64,000 nucleotides of DNA from an uncultured cyanobacterium (GCA_963793425.1 CAWCAG010000007.1:128001-192000); one strand, 5' to 3'; shown: positions 40,521 through 52,390, counted from the stretch's first letter. Notes: generated by a model not told the origin, from the letters alone. Numbers and translations: made by a program.

Positions 40521-40808
40521 TCAGCCAACATTATTTCTTTTTTCTGGCAAAGGAATAACCTCCAATAACTCCTCCCTTCTAGAAACTGTATGATTAAGCG
40601 ACCAACGAGATTCATAGGGCAAGTCAAAATGCTGACAAGTACTTTCGATCTGCTTTTGCTGTGCCAAGGCTTTACGAATTAGAATAATTAGTTGCTGAAC
40701 TTGCTTTTTCACCGCAGGATTTTCATTAGCGGCAAAAGAACTTTGCCTTTCTAAAAGTTGCAGCAGTAATTCATAATGAACATGAGAAGGAAGAGGTATT
40801 GGTTCCAT
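40521..40808 (-). CDS. Conserved cyanobacterial protein (DUF5340-like)
   Basis: MEPIPLPSHVHYELLLQLLERQ...LRKAL.QQK...RWSLN. Confidence 0.75.
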   Translation of the reverse strand: MEPIPLPSHVHYELLLQLLERQSSFAANENPAVKKQVQQLIILIRKALAQQKQIESTCQHFDLPYESRWSLNHTVSRREELLEVIPLPEKRNNVG

Positions 40809-40904
40809 GGGAGTTGATTATCATCAAAAGTAGAGTGGATCGGCATCATCGCAATCTAATGCTTCTTTTTGCCTACTAATAGTAGGTTTGTCTTGATATG
40901 GGGG

Positions 40905-41792
40905 TTAGTCACCTGGAAACAAAGACCTAATAGCTTTTTGAGGGTCTGGATTCCTTAAGAGTGATTCACCGATCAAAACAGCATCAGCACCAGCTTCTTT
41001 CACTAAATCAAGATCCACTGATGTGTGCAGCCCTGACTCGCTAACTACTTGAATGTTTCTTTCCTGCAAAGTTTCCCTCCGCAATTCCAGAATTTTACAA
41101 GTTGTTTGCAGATCAACCGAGAATTTTTTCAAATCGCGATTATTTATACCTACTAGCGTAACCCCTTCTAAGGGTAATACACGATCTAATTCCGCGAGGG
41201 TATGTACCTCTATGAGGGGAGTCATGCCCAATTTCTGGGCAATTTTAACAAAATATTGTAAATCTTGGTCGCTTAACACCGCCGCAATCAACAAAACCGC
41301 GTCAGCACCTTTGCTACGGGCTAAATAAATTTGGTAGGGATAAATGATGAATTCTTTACATAACAAAGGTAAGTCTACTGCTTCTCTAACCTTGGCTAGA
41401 TTTTCAAAACTGCCTTGAAAGAATTTTTGATCGGTTAATACTGACAAACAAGTTGCCCCAGCTTGTTGATAAGCTTTAGCGATCGCTACTGGATCAAAAT
41501 CTTCTCGAATTACTCCTTTACTAGGAGAAGCTTTTTTCACTTCCGCAATTAAAGCCGGTTGAGTTTTGCTTTGTTGCAAAGCCCCTAAAAAATCGCGAGG
41601 AGGTTCAACTTTCTCTACTAATTTACATAATTTTAATAAAGGGGTGGAATCGCGCAAACGTTCAACTTCTTGTTCTTTATGCCAAACAATTTCCTCAAGA
41701 ATATTATCAGGTTCAGCATCTGGTAAAGCCACCTGATAGCGCAATATACTAACATTAATTCCAGGACTGGGGGGTCTACGTCTTATTTGCAT
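40905..41792 (-). CDS. trpC: Indole-3-glycerol phosphate synthase
   Basis: [24 protein letters not shown] and VSESG. Confidence 0.96.
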   Translation of the reverse strand: MQIRRRPPSPGINVSILRYQVALPDAEPDNILEEIVWHKEQEVERLRDSTPLLKLCKLVEKVEPPRDFLGALQQSKTQPALIAEVKKASPSKGVIREDFDPVAIAKAYQQAGATCLSVLTDQKFFQGSFENLAKVREAVDLPLLCKEFIIYPYQIYLARSKGADAVLLIAAVLSDQDLQYFVKIAQKLGMTPLIEVHTLAELDRVLPLEGVTLVGINNRDLKKFSVDLQTTCKILELRRETLQERNIQVVSESGLHTSVDLDLVKEAGADAVLIGESLLRNPDPQKAIRSLFPGD

Positions 41793-41902
41793 TTTTGCTA
41801 ATGGCTAGTTGCTAGTTGTTACGGCGAACAGAGAACAAGGAAAGGGGAACACTAAAATATCTTCATTCCCCAAATTACTGATCAATGATCAATGATCATT
41901 GA

Positions 41903-43330
41903 TTAAACTGCCCGTTTATAAGCTTCATCCAAAACCTCAGAAAGAGTGGGATGGGTATGAACATTAAAAGCTAGATTGTGGACAGATTGGCGTTGGGCGA
42001 TCGCATTTGCGGCTTCTTGGATTAAATCGGAAGCGTGGATGCCAATAATGTGAACCCCTAACAACTCTCCGGTATCAGCGCGGTAAATAACTTTCGCCAT
42101 CCCCTCGGTTTCTCCTTCTGCAAGGGCTTTGGAGTTGCCTTTAAAGTAGGTCTTAACAGACTTCACCTCAAAACCTTCGGTTTCCCCTAATTCCTTCGCT
42201 GCTGGCTCTCCTAACCCCACATAACTAATTTCTGGATGGGTAAAAGCAGCCGCAGGAATGCTGCGATAATCGATGGTTTTTTCTCGACCGCAAATATTTT
42301 CTACCGCAATAACTCCTTGGGCAGAAGCAGCATGGGCTAACATCATCTTTCCGGTGGCATCTCCTACTCCCCAGAGGTGAGGTACAGGTTGTCCGTCCCT
42401 TAAAACAGCCATTTGTTCATTAACATCAATAAAACCTCTCCTTGTGGTTTCTACCCCCACAGACTCCAAATCTAAGTTTTTCGTAGCGGGAATACGCCCT
42501 GTAGCGACTAAGCAAGCATCTACTTCTAAAACATCAAGGGTTTCTTTGGTTTTCCCATCAGCTAATTCAATAACGACAGGACTTCCGGGAGTAACTTTTT
42601 TCGCCAAAGTTCCCACATAGGTTTCTAAATCTCTGGGGTCAATTAAAACTCGCTTGGCGATTTTAGCAATTTCTGGGTCGAAACCTGGCATTAAAGTATC
42701 TAAAGCTTCAATCATCGTGATTTCGCAGCCCAAAGCCGAGTAGACATCGGAAAACTCTAAGCCGATGTAACCACTACCAATAATGGCAATCCAATCGGGT
42801 AAAAATTCCAACCTAACTGCATCATCGCTAGTAAAGACTGTTTTACCATCAACTTCAATACCAGGAGGTACAAAAGGAATTGAACCAGGACAAAGCATGA
42901 TATCTTTCCCCGTGATAGTCCTTTCGCCTTTGTCTGTAGCTACAGTAACCTTTTGTTGTCCAGCAAGTTTACCCCAGCCCCGAATAATATCTACCTTGAG
43001 GCGCTTGAGGCTATTCGTCAAATCGCTACTAATTTTACTAACTAAATTATTAGCATGGTCTGCGATCGCCCCTCGATCAAACTCTACTCCTCCTACTTGA
43101 ACTCCTAAATCTTTGAGGTGGCCGTTACCTAATTCTCTCACCTTGCCCGAAGCAGCTAATAAGGCTTTGGAAGGAATACAGCCACGATTAACGCAGGTTC
43201 CCCCCATATCAGCCGCTTCAATAATCGCTGTCTTTAACCCACACTTAACGGCGTGTAAGGCAGCCCCATGGCCTCCTACACCAGCCCCAATAATTACCAA
43301 ATCATAATCAAATTGTTCGCTCACTTTCAT
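41903..43330 (-). CDS. lpdA: Dihydrolipoyl dehydrogenase
   Basis: [19 protein letters not shown] and HTHPTLSE. Start is ATG 43330 or GTG 43324. Confidence 0.96.
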   Translation of the reverse strand: MKVSEQFDYDLVIIGAGVGGHGAALHAVKCGLKTAIIEAADMGGTCVNRGCIPSKALLAASGKVRELGNGHLKDLGVQVGGVEFDRGAIADHANNLVSKISSDLTNSLKRLKVDIIRGWGKLAGQQKVTVATDKGERTITGKDIMLCPGSIPFVPPGIEVDGKTVFTSDDAVRLEFLPDWIAIIGSGYIGLEFSDVYSALGCEITMIEALDTLMPGFDPEIAKIAKRVLIDPRDLETYVGTLAKKVTPGSPVVIELADGKTKETLDVLEVDACLVATGRIPATKNLDLESVGVETTRRGFIDVNEQMAVLRDGQPVPHLWGVGDATGKMMLAHAASAQGVIAVENICGREKTIDYRSIPAAAFTHPEISYVGLGEPAAKELGETEGFEVKSVKTYFKGNSKALAEGETEGMAKVIYRADTGELLGVHIIGIHASDLIQEAANAIAQRQSVHNLAFNVHTHPTLSEVLDEAYKRAV

Positions 43331-43488
43331 CTCCTGGTGCGTTATGTCCCCCTCCTTATTGTCAACTTCACTAATAACTATGGCAAGCAAGATCAAGGTT
43401 ATCAATTATCAGTTATTATTTTAAGGCTGTGCTGTTGCCTTTAAGCATCATTTACTATTGGTGAAGTGATGAACTTAATAGTGTTCCT

Positions 43489-43701
43489 ATGAATGACCAT
43501 CATCTACCGGATCGAAGCGAGGCTAATCAGGAGTTTTACCAAGCCCTAGATCAGCTCAAAAATTTGTTAGAATTCGATAACCCCGCAAGCAAGTCTTCTC
43601 AAAGCCCTCCAGAACAAGAAGCTGACTCTATTCCTGAAAAAGAAGAAGAGAAGTTAAATTGGGACGAAGTTGCCGCTGATTTAGAAGATTTGCCAGAATA
43701 A
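43489..43701 (+). CDS. Small acidic hypothetical protein
   Basis: ATG-initiated 70-aa ORF with EF..ALDQL..LL and W.E.AADLE motifs. Confidence 0.6.
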   Translation: MNDHHLPDRSEANQEFYQALDQLKNLLEFDNPASKSSQSPPEQEADSIPEKEEEKLNWDEVAADLEDLPE

Positions 43702-43770
43702 TCAACAAAAATACTTTTTGCTAATTATGAAGTAAATCTCAACTAGCCACTAGCCACTAGCCACTAACCA

Positions 43771-44571
43771 CTAGCAAATTGAGAGTCTCTGTCTCTGCAT
43801 TTCATAAAGCAACAAGGCAGAAGCTATAGCAACATTAAGAGATTCAACTCCCCCTTGCAAAGGAATACTGATTTTTTCATCAGCTAAAGTTGACAATTCT
43901 TCTGAAAGCCCAGCCTTTTCATTACCTAATAAAATTAAGGTGGGACGGCGAAAATCAACTTCCCAGTAAGTTTTGCTAGCTTGGGGTAAAGTTGCCACTA
44001 CCTGCATTCTGTCACTGCGTAAATCTGAGACAACCTCAATAAGATTAGAACTAACCCCCTTCTGCATCCTCAACCACTCCCCCGCAGAAGCCCGTAGAAG
44101 CTTAGGATTATCCAGAGCGACACTATCCTCGCTTAACCACAAACCACCTACACCAGTGGCTACAGCGGTGCGAATAATTGTACCTAAATTGCCAGGGTCT
44201 TGGATTCTTTCTACAATCAACCCTAAATCAATTTCATGAGTGGGCAAATTGCTAATTATTCCTCGTGAAATAGTTGCCACCACCCCATCAGGATTAACCG
44301 TAGTTGCGATCGCCCCTAGCAATTCTTCGCTAACTAACTCTACTCTGCCAGCCTTTTGAGTTGCATTTTGCCAAAGCTGAGGGTGATGACTTTGCCACGT
44401 CTGGGTATAACACAAAGTAACCAAGGGATAATTTTCCTGACAAGCTGCCCCTATTAAATTAGTCCCTTCCAGCAAAATAAGATTTTGTTCCCGACGTTCC
44501 TTGCCGTGGCGTAATTTACGCATTTGCTTAATTAAAGGATTCTGTCGGCTAGTTAAAATTCCCTCAGTCAT
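43771..44571 (-). CDS. TrmH/SpoU-family RNA methyltransferase
   Basis: IQDPGNLGTIIRTA, LGNE..GL and ESLNVAIA. Confidence 0.93.
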   Translation of the reverse strand: MTEGILTSRQNPLIKQMRKLRHGKERREQNLILLEGTNLIGAACQENYPLVTLCYTQTWQSHHPQLWQNATQKAGRVELVSEELLGAIATTVNPDGVVATISRGIISNLPTHEIDLGLIVERIQDPGNLGTIIRTAVATGVGGLWLSEDSVALDNPKLLRASAGEWLRMQKGVSSNLIEVVSDLRSDRMQVVATLPQASKTYWEVDFRRPTLILLGNEKAGLSEELSTLADEKISIPLQGGVESLNVAIASALLLYEMQRQRLSIC

Positions 44572-44680
44572 ACCAAATCCTGTTCAAATAGCATAAGTTA
44601 TCGGTGAGGGTAGGGATAAGGGAGAAGGAAGAAGGAAGTAGGCAGTAGGGTTTGAGAACTTTATAAACCGGATTTAGTCT
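44570..44680 (+). mobile_element. MITE-like element, copy 1
   Basis: Imperfect terminal inverted repeats ATACCAAATCCTGTT / AACCGGATTTAGTCT around a purine-rich core; homologous copy near 51245..51327. Confidence 0.55.
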
Positions 44681-44746
44681 TAAAATTCCCTAACAAAAAA
44701 GCTTTTTCTTAAACTCCCTCGTTTCCTAGCTTCGCCAAAACCATAA

Positions 44747-44830
44747 TGCGGAACCCGGGACTTGAACCCGGAAGTCCTTGCGAACACATGAACCTGAATC
44801 ATGCGCGTCTACCAATTCCGCCAGTTCCGC
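44747..44830 (-). tRNA. trnL: tRNA-Leu(CAG)
   Basis: GCGGAACTGGCGGAATTGGTAGACGCG, anticodon arm CATGA-TTCAGGT-TCATG, long variable arm, GGTTCAAGTCC, acceptor GTTCCGC-A. Confidence 0.97.
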
Positions 44831-45023
44831 TTCAATTTATCTTTTTCGCACAGTTTTTAATCGTCTCTTACTTAGCTAACTAAGTCAACCTTTTACCTAC
44901 AGCAAAAGATAATCATTTTCTCAAGTTAAAGAAAAAATTTGATAAAAATCTACACAATTGGTATCTTTCAGGTAAAGTCAAAGCGAATTTTCTTTTAGTT
45001 CGCACACTATTCACCGCATTATT

Positions 45024-46382
45024 TTGGAGGGCCGAACCATCAATACCTCTTTAAACGGAAGCACCAGCAAATCAATGTCTGAAGAAGATCAACCTGTACT
45101 AAATATCTGGGGCAGAAAGCCTCTTAAAGGTCACGTTACCATCAGTGGGGCGAAAAACTCAGCTCTGACAATTATGGCAGGGGCCTTACTTTGTCCAGAA
45201 GATTGCCGACTGCGAAATGTTCCCTCTCTGGTGGATACCAGAAGAATGGGACAAATTCTTGCTTCATTGGGAGTGGAAGTTTCTACTCAAGGGGATGTTT
45301 TAGACATCAATGCTAAAAATTTGACTGTGGGGCCTGCACCTTATGAGTTAGTCTCTCAATTAAGAGCTAGCTTTTTTGTGATTGGTTCTGTGTTAGCCAG
45401 ATTAGGTGCTGCCCGTGTTCCTTTACCAGGGGGTTGTGCTATCGGTGCAAGACCTGTGGATCTCCATGTTAAAGGTTTGCGAGCATTAGGGGCTGAGGTT
45501 CATATTGAAGGCGGCATGATTAATGCCTATGTTCCTGGGGCAAGTAAAAGGCTTAAAGGCGGGAAAGTCTATTTAGATTATCCTAGCGTCGGCGCAACCG
45601 AAACTGTGATGATGGCAGCAACCTTAGCAGAAGGGGAAAGCATTATTGAAAATGCAGCCCAAGAACCAGAAGTCGTCGATTTAGCTAACTTTTGCCGTTC
45701 CATGGGTGCAAAAATTAGTGGTGCAGGAACTAATACTATTATTGTTTCTGGGGTAGAAAGTTTGCATTCTGCGGATTATTCTGTAATTCCTGATCGTATT
45801 GAAGCGGGAACCTTTTTAGTTGCCGGGGCTATTACCCACTCAGAAATAAGTATTTCTCCTGTTTTTCCGGAGCATCTTGTTCCGGTTATTGCTAAACTAC
45901 AGTCCGCAGGATGTAACATAGTTGCAGAAGGTTCTGATTGCCTCCGCGTTATTCCTGGGGAGTTGAGAGCTACTGATATTGAAACTCTGCCTTATCCTGG
46001 CTTCCCTACAGATATGCAGGCTCAATTTATGGCTTTGATGGCTGTGAGTGAAGGTAACTGCGTCATCTCAGAAACTGTTTTTGAGAATCGCCTACGTCAC
46101 GTAGCAGAGTTGAATCGCATGGGGGCAGATATTCGCTTAAAAGGGAATCATGCCATTGTCAGAGGAGTACCAATACTTTCTGGGGCCCCAGTACTAGCTA
46201 CGGATTTGCGGGCATCTGCGGCTTTAGTATTAGCAGGTTTAGCGGCGAATGGTCAAACTGTAATCAAAGGTTTGCACCATTTAGACAGAGGTTACGACAA
46301 CTTGGAAGGTAAGTTACGTCAACTGGGTGCTTCTATTCAAAGAGATTCTTTACTCAAAGAAGAACAGTTAGTTAGTAAGTAA
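45024..46382 (+). CDS. murA: UDP-N-acetylglucosamine 1-carboxyvinyltransferase
   Basis: [31 protein letters not shown] and TDLRASA. Confidence 0.97.
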   Translation: MEGRTINTSLNGSTSKSMSEEDQPVLNIWGRKPLKGHVTISGAKNSALTIMAGALLCPEDCRLRNVPSLVDTRRMGQILASLGVEVSTQGDVLDINAKNLTVGPAPYELVSQLRASFFVIGSVLARLGAARVPLPGGCAIGARPVDLHVKGLRALGAEVHIEGGMINAYVPGASKRLKGGKVYLDYPSVGATETVMMAATLAEGESIIENAAQEPEVVDLANFCRSMGAKISGAGTNTIIVSGVESLHSADYSVIPDRIEAGTFLVAGAITHSEISISPVFPEHLVPVIAKLQSAGCNIVAEGSDCLRVIPGELRATDIETLPYPGFPTDMQAQFMALMAVSEGNCVISETVFENRLRHVAELNRMGADIRLKGNHAIVRGVPILSGAPVLATDLRASAALVLAGLAANGQTVIKGLHHLDRGYDNLEGKLRQLGASIQRDSLLKEEQLVSK

Positions 46383-46387
46383 CTATC

Positions 46388-46446
46388 GTAGGGGCGGGTT
46401 TGAACTTAAATCATGAGATCAACCTCAAATCAAATTAACCCGCCCT
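46388..46446. repeat. REP-like inverted repeat
   Basis: GTAGGGGCGGGTT ... AACCCGCCCT between convergent genes. Confidence 0.55.
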
Positions 46447-46452
46447 CATCAG

Positions 46453-46791
46453 TTACAACAAGCGGAAAATGAAGGGATAGCGAAATACAGCATTAGCATC
46501 AGCAACAATTTTGACAATAGCAAAAATGGGAGCCACAATACTGACAATTCCTAATACCCAAAGTAGAGGAATACCAATGAGGAAAAAGGCTAAAATACCA
46601 AAGATAATTCCGTAGAGCCAAACATTAAAGTGAAAATTGAGAGATTCTTGAGCGTTTTCTTTAACAATAGGATCTTCTGAAACTAAATAAATGGCAATAG
46701 GAATCCCCACTGAAACAACCGTTGCACTTAAGAAAATTGCTCCGTGAGATAGTCCAGAAAGCAGTTTCCGTTTGCTTAAATCTTCAGCCAT
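46453..46791 (-). CDS. DUF4870-family membrane protein
   Basis: LLS.LSHGAIF, DP.VKENA.ESLNF and FRYPFIFRLL. Confidence 0.85.
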   Translation of the reverse strand: MAEDLSKRKLLSGLSHGAIFLSATVVSVGIPIAIYLVSEDPIVKENAQESLNFHFNVWLYGIIFGILAFFLIGIPLLWVLGIVSIVAPIFAIVKIVADANAVFRYPFIFRLL

Positions 46792-46953
46792 TTTTGCTCC
46801 TCCTAATTATTATTTTCAGCTTAACGTTAAAGCAATTAGTTTCATGTAGGGAAATCTGAGGGGAAATTCCCTACCTGCAATTGTTCTTTTTTATGGTAAC
46901 TATCTCTTCGGCTTAAACTAAGAATAGATTAGCAATTTTCAACTTCTTTAGTT

Positions 46954-47499
46954 ATGCCTTCACCTTTCCCAGGTATGAATCCTTACATAGAACATCCTGG
47001 TACTTGGCCAAATGTTCATCACTTATTATTGGAAATTAGAGATATAGCTAAAAATGAAGTTGTGACAGTAATTGAGGTTCTTTCTCCGGTTAATAAACGT
47101 CCTGGTAAGGGAAGGAGAAAGTATCAGCTTAAGCGACAAAGAATCTTAGAAACCGATACTAATTTAGTGGAAATTGATTTGTTGCGTAAATGGCCAAAAA
47201 TGCTAACTAGAGGTAAAGTTGTTGAAGCTAATGATTGCATTTTAGTTAGTAGAAGTTGTGAACGTCCTCAAGCAGATTTATATGCTTTTAATTTATCAGA
47301 AGCAATTCCTGCTTTCCCTCTTCCTTTACGTTCTGAAGATGAAGAACCGATTGTAGATGTACAAGGTTTGCTAGATAATATATATGACCAATCTGGCTAT
47401 GATTTAGTGATTAATTATACTAAAGAACCAATGCCAGCTTTACAGAAAAAAGATGCGGTTTGGGTTGATGAGTTTTTGCAAGAGAAAGGTTTTAGATAA
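46954..47499 (+). CDS. DUF4058-family protein, apparently internally shortened
   Basis: MPSPFPGMNPY.E, VVTVIEVLSP.NKR.G.GR..Y..KR and LVEIDLLR. Confidence 0.8.
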   Translation: MPSPFPGMNPYIEHPGTWPNVHHLLLEIRDIAKNEVVTVIEVLSPVNKRPGKGRRKYQLKRQRILETDTNLVEIDLLRKWPKMLTRGKVVEANDCILVSRSCERPQADLYAFNLSEAIPAFPLPLRSEDEEPIVDVQGLLDNIYDQSGYDLVINYTKEPMPALQKKDAVWVDEFLQEKGFR

Positions 47500-47596
47500 A
47501 GAGACACAGTTTTGGTTTGTGAACCAAAGAAACCAAAACGAAACTAAGAAGCATTAATAAAAACCAAGCAAGTAGCTTTGAGATAGCAACTAGCCA

Positions 47597-48520
47597 TTAG
47601 CCATTTACAATATCTGTCAAAGCCGGTTTCAAATCAGGATATTTGTATTCAAAACTAGAAGATTGAGTTCTTTTTGGTAAAACTTGCTGCCCTTCTAAGA
47701 CAACTTGCGCCCCTTCTCCTAATAATAACTCTAAGGCAAAATCAGGTACTGGCAGCCAAGAAGGACGGTTCATAACCTCACCTAAAGTTTGACAAAATTC
47801 GTTCATTCTCACAGGATTAGGAGCAGTTCCATTGTAAATCCCTTCTATTTCTGGTTGCTTAATCGCAGCAATAATCAAGTTAACTAAATCTTCTCTGTGA
47901 ATCCAAGAAAACCATTGACGACCAGAACCTAAAGGGCCACCAGCAAACATTTTAAAAGGAGGAATCATCTTCGCAAGTGCGCCACCATCTCCTAAAACAA
48001 TGCCGGTACGAATAACAACTAATCTTACCCCAACTCCCCTGACTTTTTGTGCTTCTGCTTCCCAAGCTTGGCAAACTTGAGCCAGAAAATCGTTACCAGA
48101 AGGGCTACTTTCTACGAAAGTTTTTGTTTCACTGCTACCGTAGTAACCAATAGCAGAACTATTAATTAATACTTGAGGTTTAATCTCTGCTTTTTTGATG
48201 CCTTCAACTATTTCTCTAGTTCCTAATTCCCGACTATCTAAGATTCTTTGTTTTTCTTCTTTTGTCCAACGAGCATTAGCAATAGGTTCCCCAGCCAAGT
48301 TAACTATCGCACTGCAACCAGAGAGTTTATTTTGCCAAGTACCTGATTGGGTGGGAGTGTAGGAAACTATTTCTAATTTAGGGAAAGTTGAGGGGGGAAA
48401 TACTTGTTGAGCGCGTTCTATTTTGCGAGTGAAAACTAAGATTTCTTGCCCTTGTTGGTACAACTTCTCTACTAAGAGCTTCCCGACAAAACCAGTTGCT
48501 CCGGTAATAGCTATTTTCAT
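47597..48520 (-). CDS. TIGR01777-family NAD-dependent epimerase-like protein
   Basis: [24 protein letters not shown] and [11 protein letters not shown]. Confidence 0.92.
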   Translation of the reverse strand: MKIAITGATGFVGKLLVEKLYQQGQEILVFTRKIERAQQVFPPSTFPKLEIVSYTPTQSGTWQNKLSGCSAIVNLAGEPIANARWTKEEKQRILDSRELGTREIVEGIKKAEIKPQVLINSSAIGYYGSSETKTFVESSPSGNDFLAQVCQAWEAEAQKVRGVGVRLVVIRTGIVLGDGGALAKMIPPFKMFAGGPLGSGRQWFSWIHREDLVNLIIAAIKQPEIEGIYNGTAPNPVRMNEFCQTLGEVMNRPSWLPVPDFALELLLGEGAQVVLEGQQVLPKRTQSSSFEYKYPDLKPALTDIVNG

Positions 48521-48625
48521 AAATTCGTTACTTATTACTAATTATTGTATTTAGTTATATTTTGGGGAAGTATGAAGGATAATTTTTTTCATACTCCACT
48601 ACTTGCTACTGTTGAAAAACGAGAA

Positions 48626-48739
48626 CTATTCTGGTTCGCCGCCTTGAATTTTAAGTAGCAAAAAGCCCCAGGCTAAACCAATCAAAACTAAAACAATACA
48701 CAAAATTGCTGTATTAAACATTAAAGTTTGGGCGTTCAT
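48626..48739 (-). CDS. petM: Cytochrome b6f subunit PetM (not in the ORF track)
   Basis: 37 aa [37 protein letters not shown] with an AGGAG RBS upstream. Confidence 0.92.
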   Translation of the reverse strand: MNAQTLMFNTAILCIVLVLIGLAWGFLLLKIQGGEPE

Positions 48740-48836
48740 GAATTTTTCTCCTTGGTTAAAATTAGTAAAATATACCAGTCTATTGCTTATTATATAGGTC
48801 TAGTGAAATACATAGGACAATATTTGATACTGCCCA

Positions 48837-49898
48837 ATGCCCATAGTTGATAGAAATAACAAAACCAAGCTGGCGATTGCCTTGGGAGATCCCGCAGGAA
48901 TTGGTTCTGAAGTGGTCTTGAAAGCTTTAGCAAAGCCTATACTGAGAGAAAACGCTCAAATTACTCTCTTTGGTAGCCGCAGTCTTTTAAGCGCAGCCTA
49001 TCAATATCTCAGCCCTATTTGCCAGAAGAGGGGAGAATCCTTAGTTAATCCGGAAGATGTAACGGTTTTTGATATTCCTGTTGAGGAAGGAATAGAAAAG
49101 CAAATCAGCTTTGGGAAAGGGAATGCAGCTAGCGGGGCGGCGAGTTTTGCTTATTTACAGGAGGCGATCGCCCAGACAATTAAAGGAGATTTCCAAGGCA
49201 TTGTGACAGCCCCCATTGCTAAATCTTGTTGGAAAGCGGCTGGGCATAATTATCCAGGGCAAACGGAAGTTTTAGCAGAAAGTGCAGGAATAGATAAATT
49301 TGGGATGATGTTTGTGGCGCGATCGCCCCATACAAACTGGCGACTTTGTACTCTCCTTGCCACAACCCATATACCTTTGCATCAAGTTCCTACTGCCCTA
49401 ACTCCAGAGTTAATGAGTTTGAAGTTAGATTTATTGGTAGAGTTTTTAAAAACTAGCTGTGGTTTGCAAAAACCGAAAATTGTTATTTCTGGATTAAATC
49501 CCCATAGTGGGGAAGCTGGGCAGTTGGGTACAGAGGAACAGGATTGGTTGATTCCTTGGTTAAACCAACAAAGAGTTAAACGTCCCCAGGTTACTTTAAT
49601 AGGACTTGTACCTCCTGATACTATGTGGGTAAAACCAGGGCAGGCTTGGTATGGAAATTCCCAAGATTCTCAAATCAAGGTGGGAGATGCTTACTTAGCC
49701 CTTTATCATGATCAAGGTTTAATTCCCATTAAATTAATAGCTTTCGACCGTGCAATCAATACTACCATCGGTTTACCATTCATTCGCACCTCCCCCGATC
49801 ATGGTACAGCGTTTGATATCGCCGGAAAAGGAATTGCTGATTCTACTTCCATGCAAGAAGCAATTAAATTAGCAACAGAGTTAATTGCTTCTTGCTAG
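48837..49898 (+). CDS. pdxA: 4-hydroxythreonine-4-phosphate dehydrogenase
   Basis: [24 protein letters not shown] and [14 protein letters not shown]. Confidence 0.96.
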   Translation: MPIVDRNNKTKLAIALGDPAGIGSEVVLKALAKPILRENAQITLFGSRSLLSAAYQYLSPICQKRGESLVNPEDVTVFDIPVEEGIEKQISFGKGNAASGAASFAYLQEAIAQTIKGDFQGIVTAPIAKSCWKAAGHNYPGQTEVLAESAGIDKFGMMFVARSPHTNWRLCTLLATTHIPLHQVPTALTPELMSLKLDLLVEFLKTSCGLQKPKIVISGLNPHSGEAGQLGTEEQDWLIPWLNQQRVKRPQVTLIGLVPPDTMWVKPGQAWYGNSQDSQIKVGDAYLALYHDQGLIPIKLIAFDRAINTTIGLPFIRTSPDHGTAFDIAGKGIADSTSMQEAIKLATELIASC

Positions 49899-49990
49899 TT
49901 GCTAGTTGCGAAGAGTGAATTTATCAATACGTTCAATAAAATCATAATTCAACAAACGATTAATGTTTAATGATAAATGATAAATGATTA

Positions 49991-51238
49991 ATGGTTTCCA
50001 TTGCCCGTAAAAACTTACTTGAAGATAAGCTTCGTTTCTTGGTAGCACAGGCAGGAATTATGTTTGCTGTTAGTTTGGTGACGATTCAAACAGGTATTCT
50101 CAATGGTTTTACTCGTTCCACTGCCTTATTAATAGATCAATCTCAAGCAGACATTTGGGTAACTTCTCAAAAGATGGTGCAGCTTGAATTAACTGAAGCA
50201 TTACTTTTAAGACAAATGACTCAAGCGAGGAAAGTTGAAGGAGTTGCTAAGGCAGAAGCGGTAATGATGGGGGGAACTCGTTGGGATACTGCTAAAGGTG
50301 AACTTACCCCTCTCAGGGTATTTGGTTTCGATCCTGCTGGGGAATTATTTGTACCAGGAATAATTTCTAAAAAAGATGTAGCAGCTTTGCAAAAACCTTA
50401 TACAGTAATTGTTGATGAAACTAACTTATCTGCCTTGAATATTAAGGGTACAGGCGCGAAAGCAACTATTGCTTCTTTACCGACTAAAATAGTTGGTTTG
50501 ACTAGTGATACTCAATCTTTAGTTTCTAGTGCTAGTGCTTTTACTTCCTTAGAAAATGCTAACATTTATCTCAATTCTGGCTTAACTTCCCAACTAGATT
50601 GTCAGCTAAAATTGGGGGATGTGCAATGCCAAACTATTTATAATCAGTCTGAGGAAAAAAGTTCTTCTTCCTTATTAGATAAACCTATAAAATTAAATCT
50701 TAATGACCCCATTGCTTATATTCTTATCAAAGCTAAACCAGAGCAAAACATTGCCAAACTCAAAGTTAAACTTGAAGAAAGTTTACTAGGAACTAGTGCT
50801 TACACTCGACAAGAAATGGCTGATAAAACTCGCTCTTATTGGCTACAAAGAACAGGATTAGGATTTGTTTTTGGTTTAGGGGCAGTGGTAGGAATAATTG
50901 TGGGGGTAGTAGTAGTGGGACAAATTCTTTATACTTCAGTTTCAGAACATCTTAAAGAATTCGCCACCATGAAAGCAATGGGTGCTTCTAATTGGGGACT
51001 TTATCGAGTAATTATTGAACAAGCTTTGTGGATGGCAATCTTAGGTTATCTTCCTGGTATGTTACTCTGTTTGGGTCTAGCAAAATGGACAATAACAACC
51101 CAAGGTATTCTGATTTTAATCACTCCTTTAACTGCTGGTGGAGTGTTTGTAATTACTATTTTGATGTGCGTTGGTTCGGCTTTATTTGCAGTGCAAAAAG
51201 TGACTAGTATTGACCCAGCAATTGTTTTTAAGAGTTAG
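49991..51238 (+). CDS. DevC/FtsX-like ABC transporter permease
   Basis: MVSIARKNL..D..RF, EFATMKAMGAS and IDPAIVFK. Confidence 0.88.
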   Translation: MVSIARKNLLEDKLRFLVAQAGIMFAVSLVTIQTGILNGFTRSTALLIDQSQADIWVTSQKMVQLELTEALLLRQMTQARKVEGVAKAEAVMMGGTRWDTAKGELTPLRVFGFDPAGELFVPGIISKKDVAALQKPYTVIVDETNLSALNIKGTGAKATIASLPTKIVGLTSDTQSLVSSASAFTSLENANIYLNSGLTSQLDCQLKLGDVQCQTIYNQSEEKSSSSLLDKPIKLNLNDPIAYILIKAKPEQNIAKLKVKLEESLLGTSAYTRQEMADKTRSYWLQRTGLGFVFGLGAVVGIIVGVVVVGQILYTSVSEHLKEFATMKAMGASNWGLYRVIIEQALWMAILGYLPGMLLCLGLAKWTITTQGILILITPLTAGGVFVITILMCVGSALFAVQKVTSIDPAIVFKS

Positions 51239-51244
51239 TTTATC

Positions 51245-51327
51245 AATCATCATTTAAAGTTCTTAAACTATGCTCCCTACTCCCTACCCTAACAGATAAG
51301 TTATACGACTCAACACCAATTTGGTAT
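51245..51327 (-). mobile_element. MITE-like element, copy 2 (degenerate)
   Basis: Reverse complement ATACCAAAT...ATAACTTATCTGTTAGGGTAGGGA...GTTTAAGAACTTTA aligns with 44570..44680. Confidence 0.5.
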
Positions 51328-52115
51328 TAAAGAGATACTTCTTCAATCTCTTCTATAGAAGTTAACCAGTCTTCTTTACTTAAAGATGGTTTAGCTTCTG
51401 GAGTGCGGTGACAACGTGTTGCAAAATGACAATACTGACATTCTCCTTTGGATTCAGGTACTTGAGGAAAAGGAATTTCTTTGGTGAGATAGTTGTTCGA
51501 CCAAATATCTAGTTGAGTAAGTAAAGTTATTAAGTCTTGTTCGGTTCGTTCATGCTGTGCTTGACTATACTTAAAAGTAAGAGACTGGGGTTCTTTGGGT
51601 AATTTCACAAACCAGTAAGTTAGAGAAACTTGTTCTGGTAAATAACTAGAGGTTTCTACTAATAGATATAAATACAAGCGGGTTTGCCAGTTTTTTGCTA
51701 ATAACTCTCGGTTTTCTGGTTGTAAATAAGTCTTCCAATCCAGAATTTTTCCTTGATCTTCCTTAGCAATTAGTAAGTCATAAATAACAGCTAATAAATA
51801 CCCTCGAAAGTCAAGAGTACGATAATGTTCCGCCTCTCGCCAAACTTGAGAATTAAGAGAGAAAACTTCTGGGGCAGCTTCAACTAAAGCTTGAATGGAA
51901 CGATGGATTTGTTCGTCTTCTGTAAATAAAGCTTCAATGGGTAAACCTAATTCTCTTTGCTGCATCAAGGTATGAAAGCGATTTCCCCAAGTTACTTTAT
52001 CTTGTTGCTGTGGACTTAAAGGGAAATTGAATCCGTCGAAATAAGTATGTTGAAATTTACGAGGACAGGTATTTAGTAAGTTTAATTGTCCTTGAGAAAG
52101 ACGAGCGTTAAACAT
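51327..52115 (-). CDS. PD-(D/E)XK nuclease family protein
   Basis: CPRKF, GNRFH, YDLL, ILDWKT, WQTRLY and C-terminal CQYCHFATRC. Confidence 0.88.
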   Translation of the reverse strand: MFNARLSQGQLNLLNTCPRKFQHTYFDGFNFPLSPQQQDKVTWGNRFHTLMQQRELGLPIEALFTEDEQIHRSIQALVEAAPEVFSLNSQVWREAEHYRTLDFRGYLLAVIYDLLIAKEDQGKILDWKTYLQPENRELLAKNWQTRLYLYLLVETSSYLPEQVSLTYWFVKLPKEPQSLTFKYSQAQHERTEQDLITLLTQLDIWSNNYLTKEIPFPQVPESKGECQYCHFATRCHRTPEAKPSLSKEDWLTSIEEIEEVSL

Positions 52116-52390
52116 TGAGCATTTTAGCAATAGGTAATTATTGGTATGAGAAAGTAACTTCTTCTGTTAAATTACTTATTGGTGATGAAGAAGCAAGTAT
52201 ATATATACTACTTTTATCTTCTCTTCTTTTTGCGATTTTAATTGTGATCGTTCTCAGACATTTCTAAGAACAAAAACTATCGAGTACTTTTACTTAAAAT
52301 CTTGATTACAAGTAGTCTTTGATACTAAAAATCGACGTGATCTGCTAATTCAGAAATTCCTATAAATATTAGTTATTTCTTCGTAATTTA

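Noticed and set aside
44747..44830. tRNA-Leu as an integration site for an island
   Set aside because: I saw no duplicated tRNA 3' end and no integrase, and the flanks are core genes.
51327..52115. PD-(D/E)XK nuclease as Cas4 or part of a defence island
   Set aside because: It sits among housekeeping genes with no cas or defence neighbours, so a repair-type nuclease is more likely.
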